64,000 bases of DNA from Phycisphaeraceae bacterium (GTDB lineage: Bacteria > Planctomycetota > Phycisphaerae > Phycisphaerales > Phycisphaeraceae), in the NCBI GenBank assembly GCA_963674705.1, contig OY771506.1:4544001-4608000 (forward strand), given 5' to 3'. Shown here piece by piece: positions 10,767-20,998 of this stretch (position 1 is the stretch's first letter; the number at the start of each line of letters is the position of its first letter). Both the position numbers and the translations under genes were made by a program. The notes beneath the pieces are model-generated. The model was given only the letters and a program-made list of their open reading frames with translations. It did no database searches and had not been told where the DNA came from.

Positions 10767-11328
10767 TTAGTGTTGATGCAACAGAATCATCTCACCCAAC
10801 TGGGCCAGATACTTTTCGATCACAGCCCGTTCAGGCTCAATGAATTTACCGAATGGCTCAGCCATGACATCGCTACAGATATCCATGCAGGATAATGCAC
10901 ATTTGATTCCTTTGATAGTCGATGATCCGTGCCGGCCGACACGATACAGCAGGGAAGAGACTTCGATCACGGTGCGATGTAGCGTATTGACCGTCTGGAT
11001 ATCCTGGCGGATAGCAGCGTTATACAGCTCTACATACAGATGCGGGAACAGATTTGCTCCTCCGGACACGCCGCCGTTACCACTGAGCAGCGTTGCTTCT
11101 GCCAGCATCTCCTCCGGCCCGATCAGTACGGTTTTGCCCGGAAATTCTCTTAGCATACGGATAATCGTATGGTAGTAATTCATCACGTAAACGGTAACCA
11201 AGGCTTGGCGCTTCGCCGGTGGTCCCCAAGGCAAAGAGGCCGTGTACGCCACCACGAAGAATATGCTCAATGAGCCTTTCCAGCCCATGAACATCCAACT
11301 GGTCACGACCAAGCAATGGCGTGACCAT
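10767..11328 (-). pseudogene. DapA/NanA-family aldolase pseudogene (5' truncated, large internal deletion with frameshift)
   Basis: MVTPLL...[17 protein letters not shown] joins out of frame to MNYYH...GGVSGGANLFP. Compared with 61046..61981, about residues 66-174 are missing. Confidence 0.88.
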
Positions 11329-11788
11329 ATCCTCGTGATCGAAGGCTATTGCCAGGTGGATATGGATGAAAGCCAACTGCAAGCCAGCGCCGGTGACATG
11401 CTAATGATCCCGGCTGATGTTGCACACAATCAGATTTCCGATGATTACATCCACACACTCTATGCGGGGTTCCATGTAGATTCGCTACTCACGGAAGCGC
11501 AAGTCATTCATCTGGACGAATTACAGATGATCGAATCGTGCATGAGTCTACCGGCCGACACGCACATGCATTAATGTAATGTTTCCCATGAAGCGTGCAC
11601 GCCGATACCTTTCCGATCCGCACCTTACCGTGAAAGAAGTTGCAAGTCGTTGTGCCTGCCGCGACACAAACCTGTTTGTAAGAACCTTCAAGAAGCTTCA
11701 TGGGCAACCGCCCGGCCATTGGCGTACGAGTGTGAATAGACTTGACAATGATGATCCTGAGTACCCCCCCCGCATGCAGCAAAGATAA
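11329..11788 (+). pseudogene. Cupin-AraC regulator remnant
   Basis: Cupin fragment (ILVIEG...[13 protein letters not shown]), then a stop, then only the last HTH (MKRARRYLSDPHLTVKEVASRC...FVRTFKKLHGQPPGHWR) in another frame. Confidence 0.8.
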
Positions 11789-12151
11789 CCAATACTATAT
11801 TATCATGCTATGAACCGATTCATTTTTAAGGCATCTAGAGCCCGTATTCAACTTATACTGCTATAAGTGCAGGTGCAAGACCCCTTGGATAGACGTGTAG
11901 AATATCAGCAAAACGTCCCGCATCATAATCAATTTGCTTGTGCAACAAAGCGCAATATAGACCGGCTTGCTTATGACCAGACAAAGGCGCAAACACGTCA
12001 ACTGAAGCCAGTCGATACAATACGTGTTGGATTGGCTGGCTCGGTTGATACCACTACCACAGTGGAATCCAACCTCAGCCTAAGCACGGTGTTCGTCATG
12101 TTCAGATACTGTGCTGCGCGAAACAATGCCCTTTACCAGAATACTTCAATC

Positions 12152-13663
12152 ATGCGAATCCTCTACATTGATCTCGACGCCTGCACCCCCTCGCACCTTT
12201 CGTGTTACGGCTACCACCGACAGACCTCACCAGTCATCGACTCGATCGCGAGCCGGGGTATGCGCTGCACCAATATGTACTGCTCCGACGCCCCCTGCCT
12301 CCCTTCACGCACCGCGTTCTATCAAGGGCGCTTCGGGATACAGACCGGTGTCGTCGGGCACGGCGGGACCGCAGCCGATACCAAACGCGAAGGCCCCGGC
12401 CGATCGTTCCGCTCCTGCTACGAAGAGCAAGCCTTCCCACGCGAACTGCAAAAAGCCGGATTCCATACCGCGATGGTCTCGCCGTTCGGCCAACGACACG
12501 CCGCCCACCAGTATTACGCCGGTTTCAATGAAGTTCACAACACCGGCGGCGGCGGCAGCGAACCGGCCGAAGTCGTTCAACCTGTCATCGAACGCTGGCT
12601 CGAAGGCAACGCCACGCGCGATAACTGGTACCTGCACGTCAACTTCTGGGACATCCACACCCCTTACCGTGCCCCGATGTCGTACGGCAATCCGTTCGAG
12701 GATGATCCCATCCCCGATTGGCTTACCGATGAACTCATCGCACAACACGTAAAACAAGCCGGGCCACACACCGCTCAAGACTTGGGGATGTTCGGCGATA
12801 ACAACACAGCTAAATTCCCACGTTTGCCTTTGCGCATCACGGATCGTAAGTCGCTCAAACAATGGCTCGATGGTTACGACACCGCGATCCGATACGTCGA
12901 CGACATGATCGGCCGCATCGTCGGAATACTCAAACAAGCCGGCGTATATGAAGATACCGCCATCATCATCTCGGCAGACCACGGCGAAAACCAGGGCGAA
13001 CTTGGTATCTACGGCGAACACGGCACCGCCGACCACGCCACATGTAATATCCCCTTCATCGTCAAATGGCCGGGTAAAGCGTCGGCCAGTGTTGATGACG
13101 GCCTGCACTACCACTTGGACTGGGCGCCGACCTGCATCCAGCTTATCGATCGGCAGGAACACTGCCCGCCGATCTGGGACGGCCAATCATTTGCAAATTC
13201 TCTACATGATGGATCTGACGCCGGGCGGGACGAGTTAATCATCAGCCAGTGCGCCCACGTCTGTCAGCGCTCGGTGCGCTTCAATCACGATGGACGCGCT
13301 TGGCTATACATCCGCACGTACCACGATGGGTATCACCTGTTCCCGCGCGACATGCTCTACGATCTGAATACCGATCCGCACGAACTTGACAATGTGGCCG
13401 ATCAACATCCGGCTGTGTTGCGCGAAGCGGCATGGCGTCTTTCGCACTGGCATGATGAGCAGATGTTCAAGATGACACAATACGCCAGCGACTCGGTCGA
13501 TCCGATGTGGACCGTGATGCGTGAAGGTGGCCCGTTCCACACGCTGTTTCCCGTACTGGGCCTGAATTCGCTGGCAGATTACCTCGATCGCCTGGAATCC
13601 ACCGGCCGATCAGAAGGCGCGGCGAAGCTGGGCGAACACTATGGCTTAAAGAATAAGTCGTAG
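12152..13663 (+). CDS. Formylglycine-dependent (Cys-type) sulfatase, no signal peptide
   Basis: MRILYIDLD start, CLPSR motif, SADHGE, LYDLNTDPHE. The ORF-track extension from 11867 looks non-coding. Confidence 0.92.
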   Translation: MRILYIDLDACTPSHLSCYGYHRQTSPVIDSIASRGMRCTNMYCSDAPCLPSRTAFYQGRFGIQTGVVGHGGTAADTKREGPGRSFRSCYEEQAFPRELQKAGFHTAMVSPFGQRHAAHQYYAGFNEVHNTGGGGSEPAEVVQPVIERWLEGNATRDNWYLHVNFWDIHTPYRAPMSYGNPFEDDPIPDWLTDELIAQHVKQAGPHTAQDLGMFGDNNTAKFPRLPLRITDRKSLKQWLDGYDTAIRYVDDMIGRIVGILKQAGVYEDTAIIISADHGENQGELGIYGEHGTADHATCNIPFIVKWPGKASASVDDGLHYHLDWAPTCIQLIDRQEHCPPIWDGQSFANSLHDGSDAGRDELIISQCAHVCQRSVRFNHDGRAWLYIRTYHDGYHLFPRDMLYDLNTDPHELDNVADQHPAVLREAAWRLSHWHDEQMFKMTQYASDSVDPMWTVMREGGPFHTLFPVLGLNSLADYLDRLESTGRSEGAAKLGEHYGLKNKS

Positions 13664-13689
13664 CTTCAATAATACTTCACCGCTTTGAA

Positions 13690-14328
13690 CTAGCTGGTCG
13701 CAGTATCTTCTGCTACGGGCTTTTCTTCAGCTTGATTTTGCGCAGAAGTGGCCGGAGTTTTTTGCCTGGGCTTCGATGTAGCGATGCCTAGTATGAACGC
13801 CACAACCACCGCACCCGCCAGCCAGAGCAGATCGTTCATCGTCAATGCGCTCTTGATCTTACTGATATCCTGCATCTGCGATGCATGGATTCGCGGCACA
13901 GATGAGTTAGCTGTTGCAGTTGTCGCATCGTGCTGGTCCGTGGCATCTGCCACTGCTTCGCCTTGGGACGTATCGACTACGCTGGCGGGCTGTTGAATGT
14001 TGATCGCGGGATTATCGGCCAAGCCCGCGGTCAGGCCCCATTGCACAATGATGAGTTTTCCCAGCAACACGGCGATCGCGGTCAGGCCGGCTGCGGAGAT
14101 GCCGTTATCGATACTGCGCGCCTTAGCGCTAAGTGCAACAGCAACACCCACGAGTATCCCAATGACGATCGTCCCGACAACCAGGTCTCGTCCGCTGTAG
14201 TGAGTGATGATCGCCCACAACAAGGAGCACGCCAGTGCAGCCACAAGCCCAAACAGAAGCTCTCGGCCAATGGCTCCACGATGTTTGAGTCTGATTACGC
14301 TTGATGCTTTGTCTTGCTCGCACTTCAT
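13690..14328 (-). CDS. Hypothetical membrane protein (about 4 TM segments)
   Basis: Hydrophobic segments; GAGAGG precedes ATG 14328 (MKCEQ). Confidence 0.7.
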   Translation of the reverse strand: MKCEQDKASSVIRLKHRGAIGRELLFGLVAALACSLLWAIITHYSGRDLVVGTIVIGILVGVAVALSAKARSIDNGISAAGLTAIAVLLGKLIIVQWGLTAGLADNPAINIQQPASVVDTSQGEAVADATDQHDATTATANSSVPRIHASQMQDISKIKSALTMNDLLWLAGAVVVAFILGIATSKPRQKTPATSAQNQAEEKPVAEDTATS

Positions 14329-14732
14329 AAGGTGCCTCTCCGAGTGTGTTGAATACCTCACAAGACATATAGAAGCATTCGGTATGAGGGTCAGCGGTAG
14401 GATGATGACGATCGAGAACAGCGCCTGCATCCACCCCGCTTTTAATTCCCGGGAATTGTAAATGGAATTACCATTCATATCTACTGCTAATTGTGGATAA
14501 GACACGAAATATATTGCCTGCACCGCAGTGACCACCCGATGCATTGGTATCGCCAGTAAGGGTGCCCACCAAACCCCGCATTCTCATTATACCTCATAAA
14601 TATATAATTATTAGTATTTTAAGTAAATATCACCGCGGCAACGGATTTATGACGCCCCATATTTCGCTGCACCGAGGTGCCGTCGGTAACATTACCGCAG
14701 GATGTCAAACCCCAGAATGTTGCGAAACTTGT

Positions 14733-14782
14733 TAGGGAATTTTCGTGATTATCCTTGATTGTTGCGTGAGATGTGTTAGTCT
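14733..14782 (+). promoter_or_regulatory. Putative sigma70-type promoter with upstream TAGGGAA motif
   Basis: TAGGGAA 14733, TTGATT 14755, 16-nt spacer, TAGTCT 14777. Confidence 0.4.
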
Positions 14783-14956
14783 AGAGAGGTATGTGGCGGC
14801 CATACCTTCGCCTTACTGGTTGACTTGATGTCTCCGCTGCGAATTGAATTGCCATGGCCCGTCGTGTTGGATTCACCAGTTTCAGAGATTTGCATCGTCC
14901 ATCAGCCTGCAACAAACATCACACTTCAGTTCATTCCATTTGGAGGAGGAGAACGC

Positions 14957-16042
14957 ATGACAATTAAAAGAAGCTTTTTAAAGGATAAATTTGTCACAGC
15001 ATCCGCAGCGGCGTTGGCTTGCGCGGCCTTGGCATTGCCCGCTCAAGCCGACTACAACTTCGTCGGCGGCGGCGACGGCACATCGTGGGAAGACGTCGCC
15101 AACTGGGAAAGCAGCGGCCTGCCCGCTTCAGCCATCCCCGGCGGCAGCGACTACCTCACCATCACCGGCGGCGGCGTCAACATCGATATGGACGGCGACA
15201 CATGGAATTACCTCGTCAGTAATTCTCTGCTAACAGGCGGCGCCACAGGTGAATACCGCACGCAAACCATCCGTCTTGCACAGTTCGGCGCTGCAACGTT
15301 GAATATCGATATCGGTGACGGCAACATCTGGCGCACCACTAACTCGACCCTTCAGTACGTCGGCTCACAAAACTCAACCAACACCGGCGTGATGAACATC
15401 TACAGCGGCGATATCCGTATCGAAACGTCTTCGTTCCGTATCGCTGAGAAAACCGGTTCGACAGGGCTGGTTAACATCTCAGGCAGCACAAGTACACGCC
15501 TGATTATCAGCCGTGAATCCGGCGGCGTCAGCATGCAGGTCGGCACCGGCGGCAACGGCACCTTCCAGATCGATGGCGGTAAGCTCCGAACACGTGCCGG
15601 CATGACGGTTGGCTCCACCGGTACCTTCCGCGTGCTTGGCAGCAGTGTCACCGAGGTCGAAATCGGTTCCGAAGGATCGCTCGATGGTAACTGGACGCAA
15701 AACGCGGGTGGCATCCTCGAAGTCGGGATCGACGCAGGCGGCGTCACTCAGATCAACATCGCCGACAAGGGCGGCTCAGGCACCTATGCCAACTTCGATG
15801 CCGGCGCGATCCTCACGATCAGCGAATTGGTCGCCCCTGTCCCCGGCACATGGACTGTGATGGAAGTGCAGAACGGCACGATCACCGACAACGGCCTCGG
15901 CCTGCTGGCAGGCCCCGGCTGGTCCTACGATGTAGACAACAGCGGCGCGAACGGTCTGCTGACCGTCAGCTATGTCCCCGAACCCGCGACACTCGCGCTG
16001 CTGGGATTGGGCGGTTTGGCGATCATCGCCCGCAAGCGCTAA
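14957..16042 (+). CDS. PEP-CTERM surface protein, Gly/Thr-rich beta-strand repeats
   Basis: GGAGGAG RBS, signal peptide ending AQA, C-terminus VPEPATLALLGLGGLAIIARKR. Confidence 0.92.
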   Translation: MTIKRSFLKDKFVTASAAALACAALALPAQADYNFVGGGDGTSWEDVANWESSGLPASAIPGGSDYLTITGGGVNIDMDGDTWNYLVSNSLLTGGATGEYRTQTIRLAQFGAATLNIDIGDGNIWRTTNSTLQYVGSQNSTNTGVMNIYSGDIRIETSSFRIAEKTGSTGLVNISGSTSTRLIISRESGGVSMQVGTGGNGTFQIDGGKLRTRAGMTVGSTGTFRVLGSSVTEVEIGSEGSLDGNWTQNAGGILEVGIDAGGVTQINIADKGGSGTYANFDAGAILTISELVAPVPGTWTVMEVQNGTITDNGLGLLAGPGWSYDVDNSGANGLLTVSYVPEPATLALLGLGGLAIIARKR

Positions 16043-16089
16043 GACGAAACGTACTTTTGAGAAGTGACTACAAGATGATTTAACACGTG

Positions 16090-16125
16090 AGCCGAAACCG
16101 GTAAACCGCTGGTTTCGGCTTTTTT
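16090..16125 (+). terminator. Rho-independent terminator
   Basis: AGCCGAAACC-loop-GGTTTCGGCT followed by a T run. Confidence 0.85.
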
Positions 16126-16206
16126 ACCAACAAGAGCTAGGCTGGAAGATAAGCTTTGGCTGCAGTTGAGAAGGTACTGACACAAGGTGTTAAGCGAGTG
16201 AATCCA

Positions 16207-18879
16207 ATGGGACGATGTGCTAATCCCATACTGCGAGGTTTCAATCCCGACCCTTCGATCTGTCGAGTCGGTGAGGATTATTACATCGTCACCAGCACGT
16301 TTGAATGGATGCCGGCCATCGCGATCCATCATTCACGCGACCTGGCTAACTGGACACGCCTCGGTGGCGTGTTCAATGACAACGACAAGGTCAACCTTTC
16401 AGGCGTTCCCGATTCGTCCGGCGTCTGGGCGCCGAGCCTGAGCTTCTCCGACGGCCTGTTCTGGCTGGTGTACACCATCGTGCGGACGCGCGTCGGTGCG
16501 TTCAAAGATGTTCGTAACTATGTAGTAACGGCCGAGTCCATCGACGGCCCGTGGTCCGAACCTGTCTACCTGAACGCAAGCGGATTCGATCCGTCACTTT
16601 TTCATGATGATGACGGGCGAAAATGGCTGGTGAACATGTGCTGGGACCCGCGACCGGATCACCCCAGCTTCGGCGGGATACTGCTTCAGGAATACGACCA
16701 TCAAAAGCAACAGCTTGTCGGACCGGTAAGCACCATCCTCACCAAAACTGAACTCATCGAGGGCCCGAACCTTTATAAGGTGAACGACCGGTATTACTTG
16801 ATGCTCGCGGAAGGCGGCACGGGTTGGAACCATGGCATTTCCATGGCTCGCAGCGATCGCATTAATGGGCCTTACGAACTCGACCCCCAACACTCGATCA
16901 TGACCACGCGTAACGATCCGGATTGGCCGCTCCAGAAAGCGGGACACGGTGAGTTGGTACAGACGCCCACATGCGATTGGTACATGGTCCACCTTTGCAG
17001 CCGACCGATCGGCAAAGAAAGACGCTGTGTTCTCGGCAGAGAAACAGCGATCCAACATGTACGCTGGACAGATGACGGCTGGTTGCGCCTGCAAGACGGC
17101 GGCATATTACCGGCACTCGAATATCGCCCGCTCGATGATGCAAAAGTGACGTCCGCCTCAGTGCTGGATGTACACGATGATTTTGAAGACAAAAAACTAT
17201 CGCCCCACTATTGCTCTCTACGCCTTGCGTTTGATCCGAGTTGGATGAGTCTGACCGATCGGCCCGGATGGTTGCGACTGACCGGTCGCGAGTCGCTGCA
17301 TTCGCTGTTCGAGCAAAGCCTGGTCGCGCAGCGACTGACCTCGACCACTTGCCGATTCTCAACAAGCCTGAACTTCAAGCCGGACCACTTCACCCAATCC
17401 GCGGGCCTGATCGTGTGGTACGACACACGCACGCACTATTACCTGCGTGTCACACATGACAACAAACAAGGCCGAATCCTGGGTGTGGCGCTGACCGATG
17501 ACGGTGAATATTGCGAACTGCAAGACAGCCAGGTCGATATCAACGATTGGCCCACCTGTCATCTTCGTGCGATCTTGAACAACACAACAATGCAGTTTTT
17601 CGCCTCCCCGGATAATAAAGCATGGCAACCGATAGGACCTGAACTGGACCTGACGAAAATCTCGGACGACTACGGGCAAGGCCTCCACTTCACAGGAGCC
17701 ATGGTTGGTTTATGTGCCCAGGACCTCGCGGGCACTGCTAAACCTGCATACTTTGACCACTTCACGATTGAGCATGATGCGAGCGAAGATAAATCAATCA
17801 CGAGGATCGGGGCCCGACCAATGCCTGAGATTGATCATGCTAATCCGCTGAAGTCGACACGTGCAGCCGTACCATCCATCGCACATAAACCCCGAGCTCG
17901 GTTTGTGCTGGATCCCGATGCGCTCGACCTGATCTATCCATCGAAGTTACGCCGTGCGATCATCGAACTCATCGACCTGACGGGCCCGGTCTGTACGGGG
18001 CAGGATGTGCAAAAGGATCCTTCGTTACTGCGCGATGTCGAAGTTGTGTTCTCCGGATGGGGCGGCCCTTGCCTGACTGAAGAAGTCCTGGATGCCGCCA
18101 CGGATCTACGCGTGATCTTCTACGGCGCAGGTTCTGTGCGCACCATCATGACGGATGCGGCCTGGCAGCGCGGCATCAAAATCACCTCCGCCGCCAGCGC
18201 CAACGCGATCCCCGTTGTCGAATACACCTGCGCACAGATCGTGTTCTGCCTGAAACGCATCTGGCAGCATGCATTTGAAATGAAGCAAACAAAACGTTGG
18301 CAGCAGAACGAGCCCGGTGCAGGGGGCTACGGCTCAACGGTCGGCATCGTTTCAGCGGGCGAGATCGGCCGACGTGTGATCGAAAAACTGCTCTGGATGG
18401 ATATCAACGTATTAGTCTACGATCCGAATCCCTCCACCGAACTAATTAAAGCACATGGCCTGCGGTTCACATCGCTTGAAGAACTATTCGCCGCCAGTGA
18501 TGTCATCTCGATACACACACCACTGCTTGATTCAACCCAAGGCCTGATCGACGAGTCGTTATTGAGCCTGCTCAAACCCGGCGCCAGCCTGATCAATACA
18601 GCCCGCGGCGCGGTGATCGATGAGCCGGCCCTGATCCGTACATTACATAATCGTCCGGACCTGTTCGCTATCCTGGATGTGACAGACCCCGAACCACCGA
18701 CCTCTGACAACCCGCTTTGGACCATGCCCAACGTGGTGCTTACCCCGCATATCGCCGGGTCTCGAGGCGGAGAATGTGCCCGGATGGGCCGAGCCATGCT
18801 GGAAGAGCTGCGACGCTACCGTGCCAAAGAGCCGCTTAAATGGCTTTTAGAAAGAGATTTGCAGGAATTCACCGCATGA
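16207..18879 (+). CDS. GH43 beta-xylosidase/arabinofuranosidase (with C-terminal beta-sandwich) fused in frame to a D-2-hydroxyacid dehydrogenase
   Basis: NPILRGFNPDPSI, WAPSL, GFDPSLF, EGP...FTGAMVG; after a linker come GAGSV, GEIGR, INTARG, LDVTDPEP, LTPHIAG. Confidence 0.88.
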   Translation: MGRCANPILRGFNPDPSICRVGEDYYIVTSTFEWMPAIAIHHSRDLANWTRLGGVFNDNDKVNLSGVPDSSGVWAPSLSFSDGLFWLVYTIVRTRVGAFKDVRNYVVTAESIDGPWSEPVYLNASGFDPSLFHDDDGRKWLVNMCWDPRPDHPSFGGILLQEYDHQKQQLVGPVSTILTKTELIEGPNLYKVNDRYYLMLAEGGTGWNHGISMARSDRINGPYELDPQHSIMTTRNDPDWPLQKAGHGELVQTPTCDWYMVHLCSRPIGKERRCVLGRETAIQHVRWTDDGWLRLQDGGILPALEYRPLDDAKVTSASVLDVHDDFEDKKLSPHYCSLRLAFDPSWMSLTDRPGWLRLTGRESLHSLFEQSLVAQRLTSTTCRFSTSLNFKPDHFTQSAGLIVWYDTRTHYYLRVTHDNKQGRILGVALTDDGEYCELQDSQVDINDWPTCHLRAILNNTTMQFFASPDNKAWQPIGPELDLTKISDDYGQGLHFTGAMVGLCAQDLAGTAKPAYFDHFTIEHDASEDKSITRIGARPMPEIDHANPLKSTRAAVPSIAHKPRARFVLDPDALDLIYPSKLRRAIIELIDLTGPVCTGQDVQKDPSLLRDVEVVFSGWGGPCLTEEVLDAATDLRVIFYGAGSVRTIMTDAAWQRGIKITSAASANAIPVVEYTCAQIVFCLKRIWQHAFEMKQTKRWQQNEPGAGGYGSTVGIVSAGEIGRRVIEKLLWMDINVLVYDPNPSTELIKAHGLRFTSLEELFAASDVISIHTPLLDSTQGLIDESLLSLLKPGASLINTARGAVIDEPALIRTLHNRPDLFAILDVTDPEPPTSDNPLWTMPNVVLTPHIAGSRGGECARMGRAMLEELRRYRAKEPLKWLLERDLQEFTA

Positions 18880-18900
18880 GACACGCTGAATCGAGAGACT

Positions 18901-18965
18901 AATTGGGAATTTATTGGAAGTTTCATGAGAAACTATTGGCATTTCCCGGCAACTGACGTTAAGAT
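18901..18965 (+). promoter_or_regulatory. Putative promoter/operator upstream of the DUF1559 gene
   Basis: TTGGGAA 18903, AGTTTC-ATGA-GAAACT, TTGGCA 18936, TAAGAT 18960; closely similar to 20865-20925. Confidence 0.55.
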
Positions 18966-19145
18966 ACACCTGTTGGAGGAACGGCTATCCGGTACGATTG
19001 GCCGTATGACAGAGATGTTACGACTTCATGCTTACGACCTGATTACTGATCGTTCTTCATCTGGCACCGAACCAGCTACTTCCTCCTGTCGTTTGTTGAT
19101 TGCTCTGACAACTTCGCCACGCAAACCTATTCTGGAGCTGTTGGC

Positions 19146-19973
19146 ATGAACGCATACCGAACCCAACATCATCGACCATCGATCAGAGGCAGCATGCGCC
19201 CCGGCCGCGCGCGGCACGGCTTCACGCTGATCGAGCTGCTCGTGGTAATCTCCATCATCGCACTGCTGGTCGGAATCCTCCTGCCCGCCCTGGGCGCCGC
19301 CCGACGCACCGCCATCGTGCTCAAGTGCACGACCCAGATCAGGCAGATCGGCATCGCCAACGCTTCGTTCGAGACGGACCACGGCCACTTCGTCCCTTCA
19401 TGGGAAAAAGAAGGCAGCTCCTGGACCGACAGTTACCACGCCCGCAATTCATGGAAAGAAGCGCTGTACGACGGAGGGTATGCCCCGGCCGCCGAAGTAT
19501 TTCTCTGCCCGATTGTAGCGGATGAAGGCACACAGAACCCCAACGCGTCCGATCCTAAGAACGAAGAACCTTTCAGCAACTACCGGATCAACCACCAGCT
19601 TGGTGGACCTAAAGATGGTTATACAACTGAAGGCAGTGTTAACTACCACCACCCGCTCTCGAGCGATGATGTGCTCAGACCATCGCGAACTATCATCTTC
19701 ACGGACAACACAACCTACAGCGGATTCCTCTGGGGCGGCTCAATGATCTTTGTAGACTGGGGCCACCTCCAGGTTTCGCACCTCCAGTCAATGGGAAACA
19801 GTTGGTACTTCTCGCCATGGGGGCCGAAGAAAATCTCTAACGGGACGACTTCGTTTGCGATGGTGGACGGCTCGGCCAGCGCGATGTCCGTCACCGAAGA
19901 TCGCTACGCCCAGTACGATAATACTCAGCTAAATAACGAGGAATACTTCCTGACCCCAGACGGTGACTGGTGA
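19146..19973 (+). CDS. Prepilin-type N-terminal cleavage/methylation (DUF1559-like) protein
   Basis: [31 protein letters not shown]...RQIG, FLCP, C-terminal H...FAMVDGSA. Confidence 0.93.
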   Translation: MNAYRTQHHRPSIRGSMRPGRARHGFTLIELLVVISIIALLVGILLPALGAARRTAIVLKCTTQIRQIGIANASFETDHGHFVPSWEKEGSSWTDSYHARNSWKEALYDGGYAPAAEVFLCPIVADEGTQNPNASDPKNEEPFSNYRINHQLGGPKDGYTTEGSVNYHHPLSSDDVLRPSRTIIFTDNTTYSGFLWGGSMIFVDWGHLQVSHLQSMGNSWYFSPWGPKKISNGTTSFAMVDGSASAMSVTEDRYAQYDNTQLNNEEYFLTPDGDW

Positions 19974-20038
19974 TTCATGTTTGCAGGTTGCACACTCAAT
20001 CACCTTTGGTTTGCCCGATTTAGAAAGGCCCGCCTGAC

Positions 20039-20776
20039 ATGATCTACATTCTGCAGTTCATCATCTGCGGTGTGGTCATAGGGCTGCACATCTACTTCCG
20101 GAAATTGCAATCCAGACAGGCGCCATCGGCGGCACTTGGTGTCAATGTCACTGCCATCCTGCTTGTCGCGCTTGTATTGCTGTTCGTCTTCTTCCCCGGC
20201 CTGTTCCGCGGTAGCGGTATCGACACACTGGACAGCGATATCAACGGCATGGCACGCATCGGAGCCGAAGCGGGTGAATACCTGGCGCAAAGCGCCTCCG
20301 GCTCAAACGTGATGATCGTTCGCTATCGGATCGATTCCGATGGCGATGGCCGCGACGGTATACTTGAACAACAACAAGCGTTTATTGATGGTTTGAATCG
20401 GGCTGATGGTGTTGGCACCGTGCGCGAAGTGTGGGTGGATGTCCCGCCGGTCGGCGCGGTCAATCCGACGACCGGCCAACCCCTGCCGTGGTTCACGCGC
20501 GATGAACTGAACAGAACGATGGGCCAGGCATCCAAGGGCGAGGTTGTTGTTCTCTTGACGGGTCTGCCTTTCGGCGTTTCACCAGCCAAAGCGATACAAG
20601 CCAAGGATGGCGTGCAACTCATCATCCTCAGCAGCAACGCCAATGAATTAAGATCGGGAATGAACAACGGCACGTTGCTTGGCGGCATCCTCGAACGGCG
20701 CATCAGCGAGATGGACGACCAAGGCCGATACCTGTTCATAACACCACAGAATGCTTCCGTCATGGCCGGCGGCTGA
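20039..20776 (+). CDS. Hypothetical protein, two N-terminal TM helices plus a soluble domain
   Basis: Hydrophobic segments at about residues 1-19 and 30-52; RBS-like AAAGG; lies between the pilin and SSS genes. Confidence 0.75.
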   Translation: MIYILQFIICGVVIGLHIYFRKLQSRQAPSAALGVNVTAILLVALVLLFVFFPGLFRGSGIDTLDSDINGMARIGAEAGEYLAQSASGSNVMIVRYRIDSDGDGRDGILEQQQAFIDGLNRADGVGTVREVWVDVPPVGAVNPTTGQPLPWFTRDELNRTMGQASKGEVVVLLTGLPFGVSPAKAIQAKDGVQLIILSSNANELRSGMNNGTLLGGILERRISEMDDQGRYLFITPQNASVMAGG

Positions 20777-20864
20777 CTTCAGGTGGCTTCCACAATAAGA
20801 AAATCAACATCGCGTACATGCGATTATTAACTTACCTGATGGATCAATTTTGGCCCCGGCGGTT

Positions 20865-20925
20865 TTGGGAATAGTTACGAAAGTTTCAAAGAAACTATTG
20901 CAATCACCCCCTCCGGGTGTATGAT
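20865..20925 (+). promoter_or_regulatory. Putative promoter/operator upstream of the SSS gene
   Basis: TTGGGAA 20865, AGTTTC-AAA-GAAACT, TTGCAA 20898, TATGAT 20920. Confidence 0.6.
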
Positions 20926-20998
20926 GAATTCCGGCAGGTTGTTTTTACTGCCAGACCCCTATGACACTTGCAGGACATCAAACCAGAGCCCTGAATCG

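Noticed and set aside
11867..12151. 95-aa N-terminal extension of the sulfatase
   Set aside because: AT-richer with no domain-like character; the sulfatase fold starts at MRILYIDLD (12152).
14329..14956. Upstream extensions of ORFs 13690..14544 and 14825..16042, and ORF 14544..14735
   Set aside because: Good RBS/ATG pairs at 14328 and 14957; the region is an AT-rich divergent promoter.
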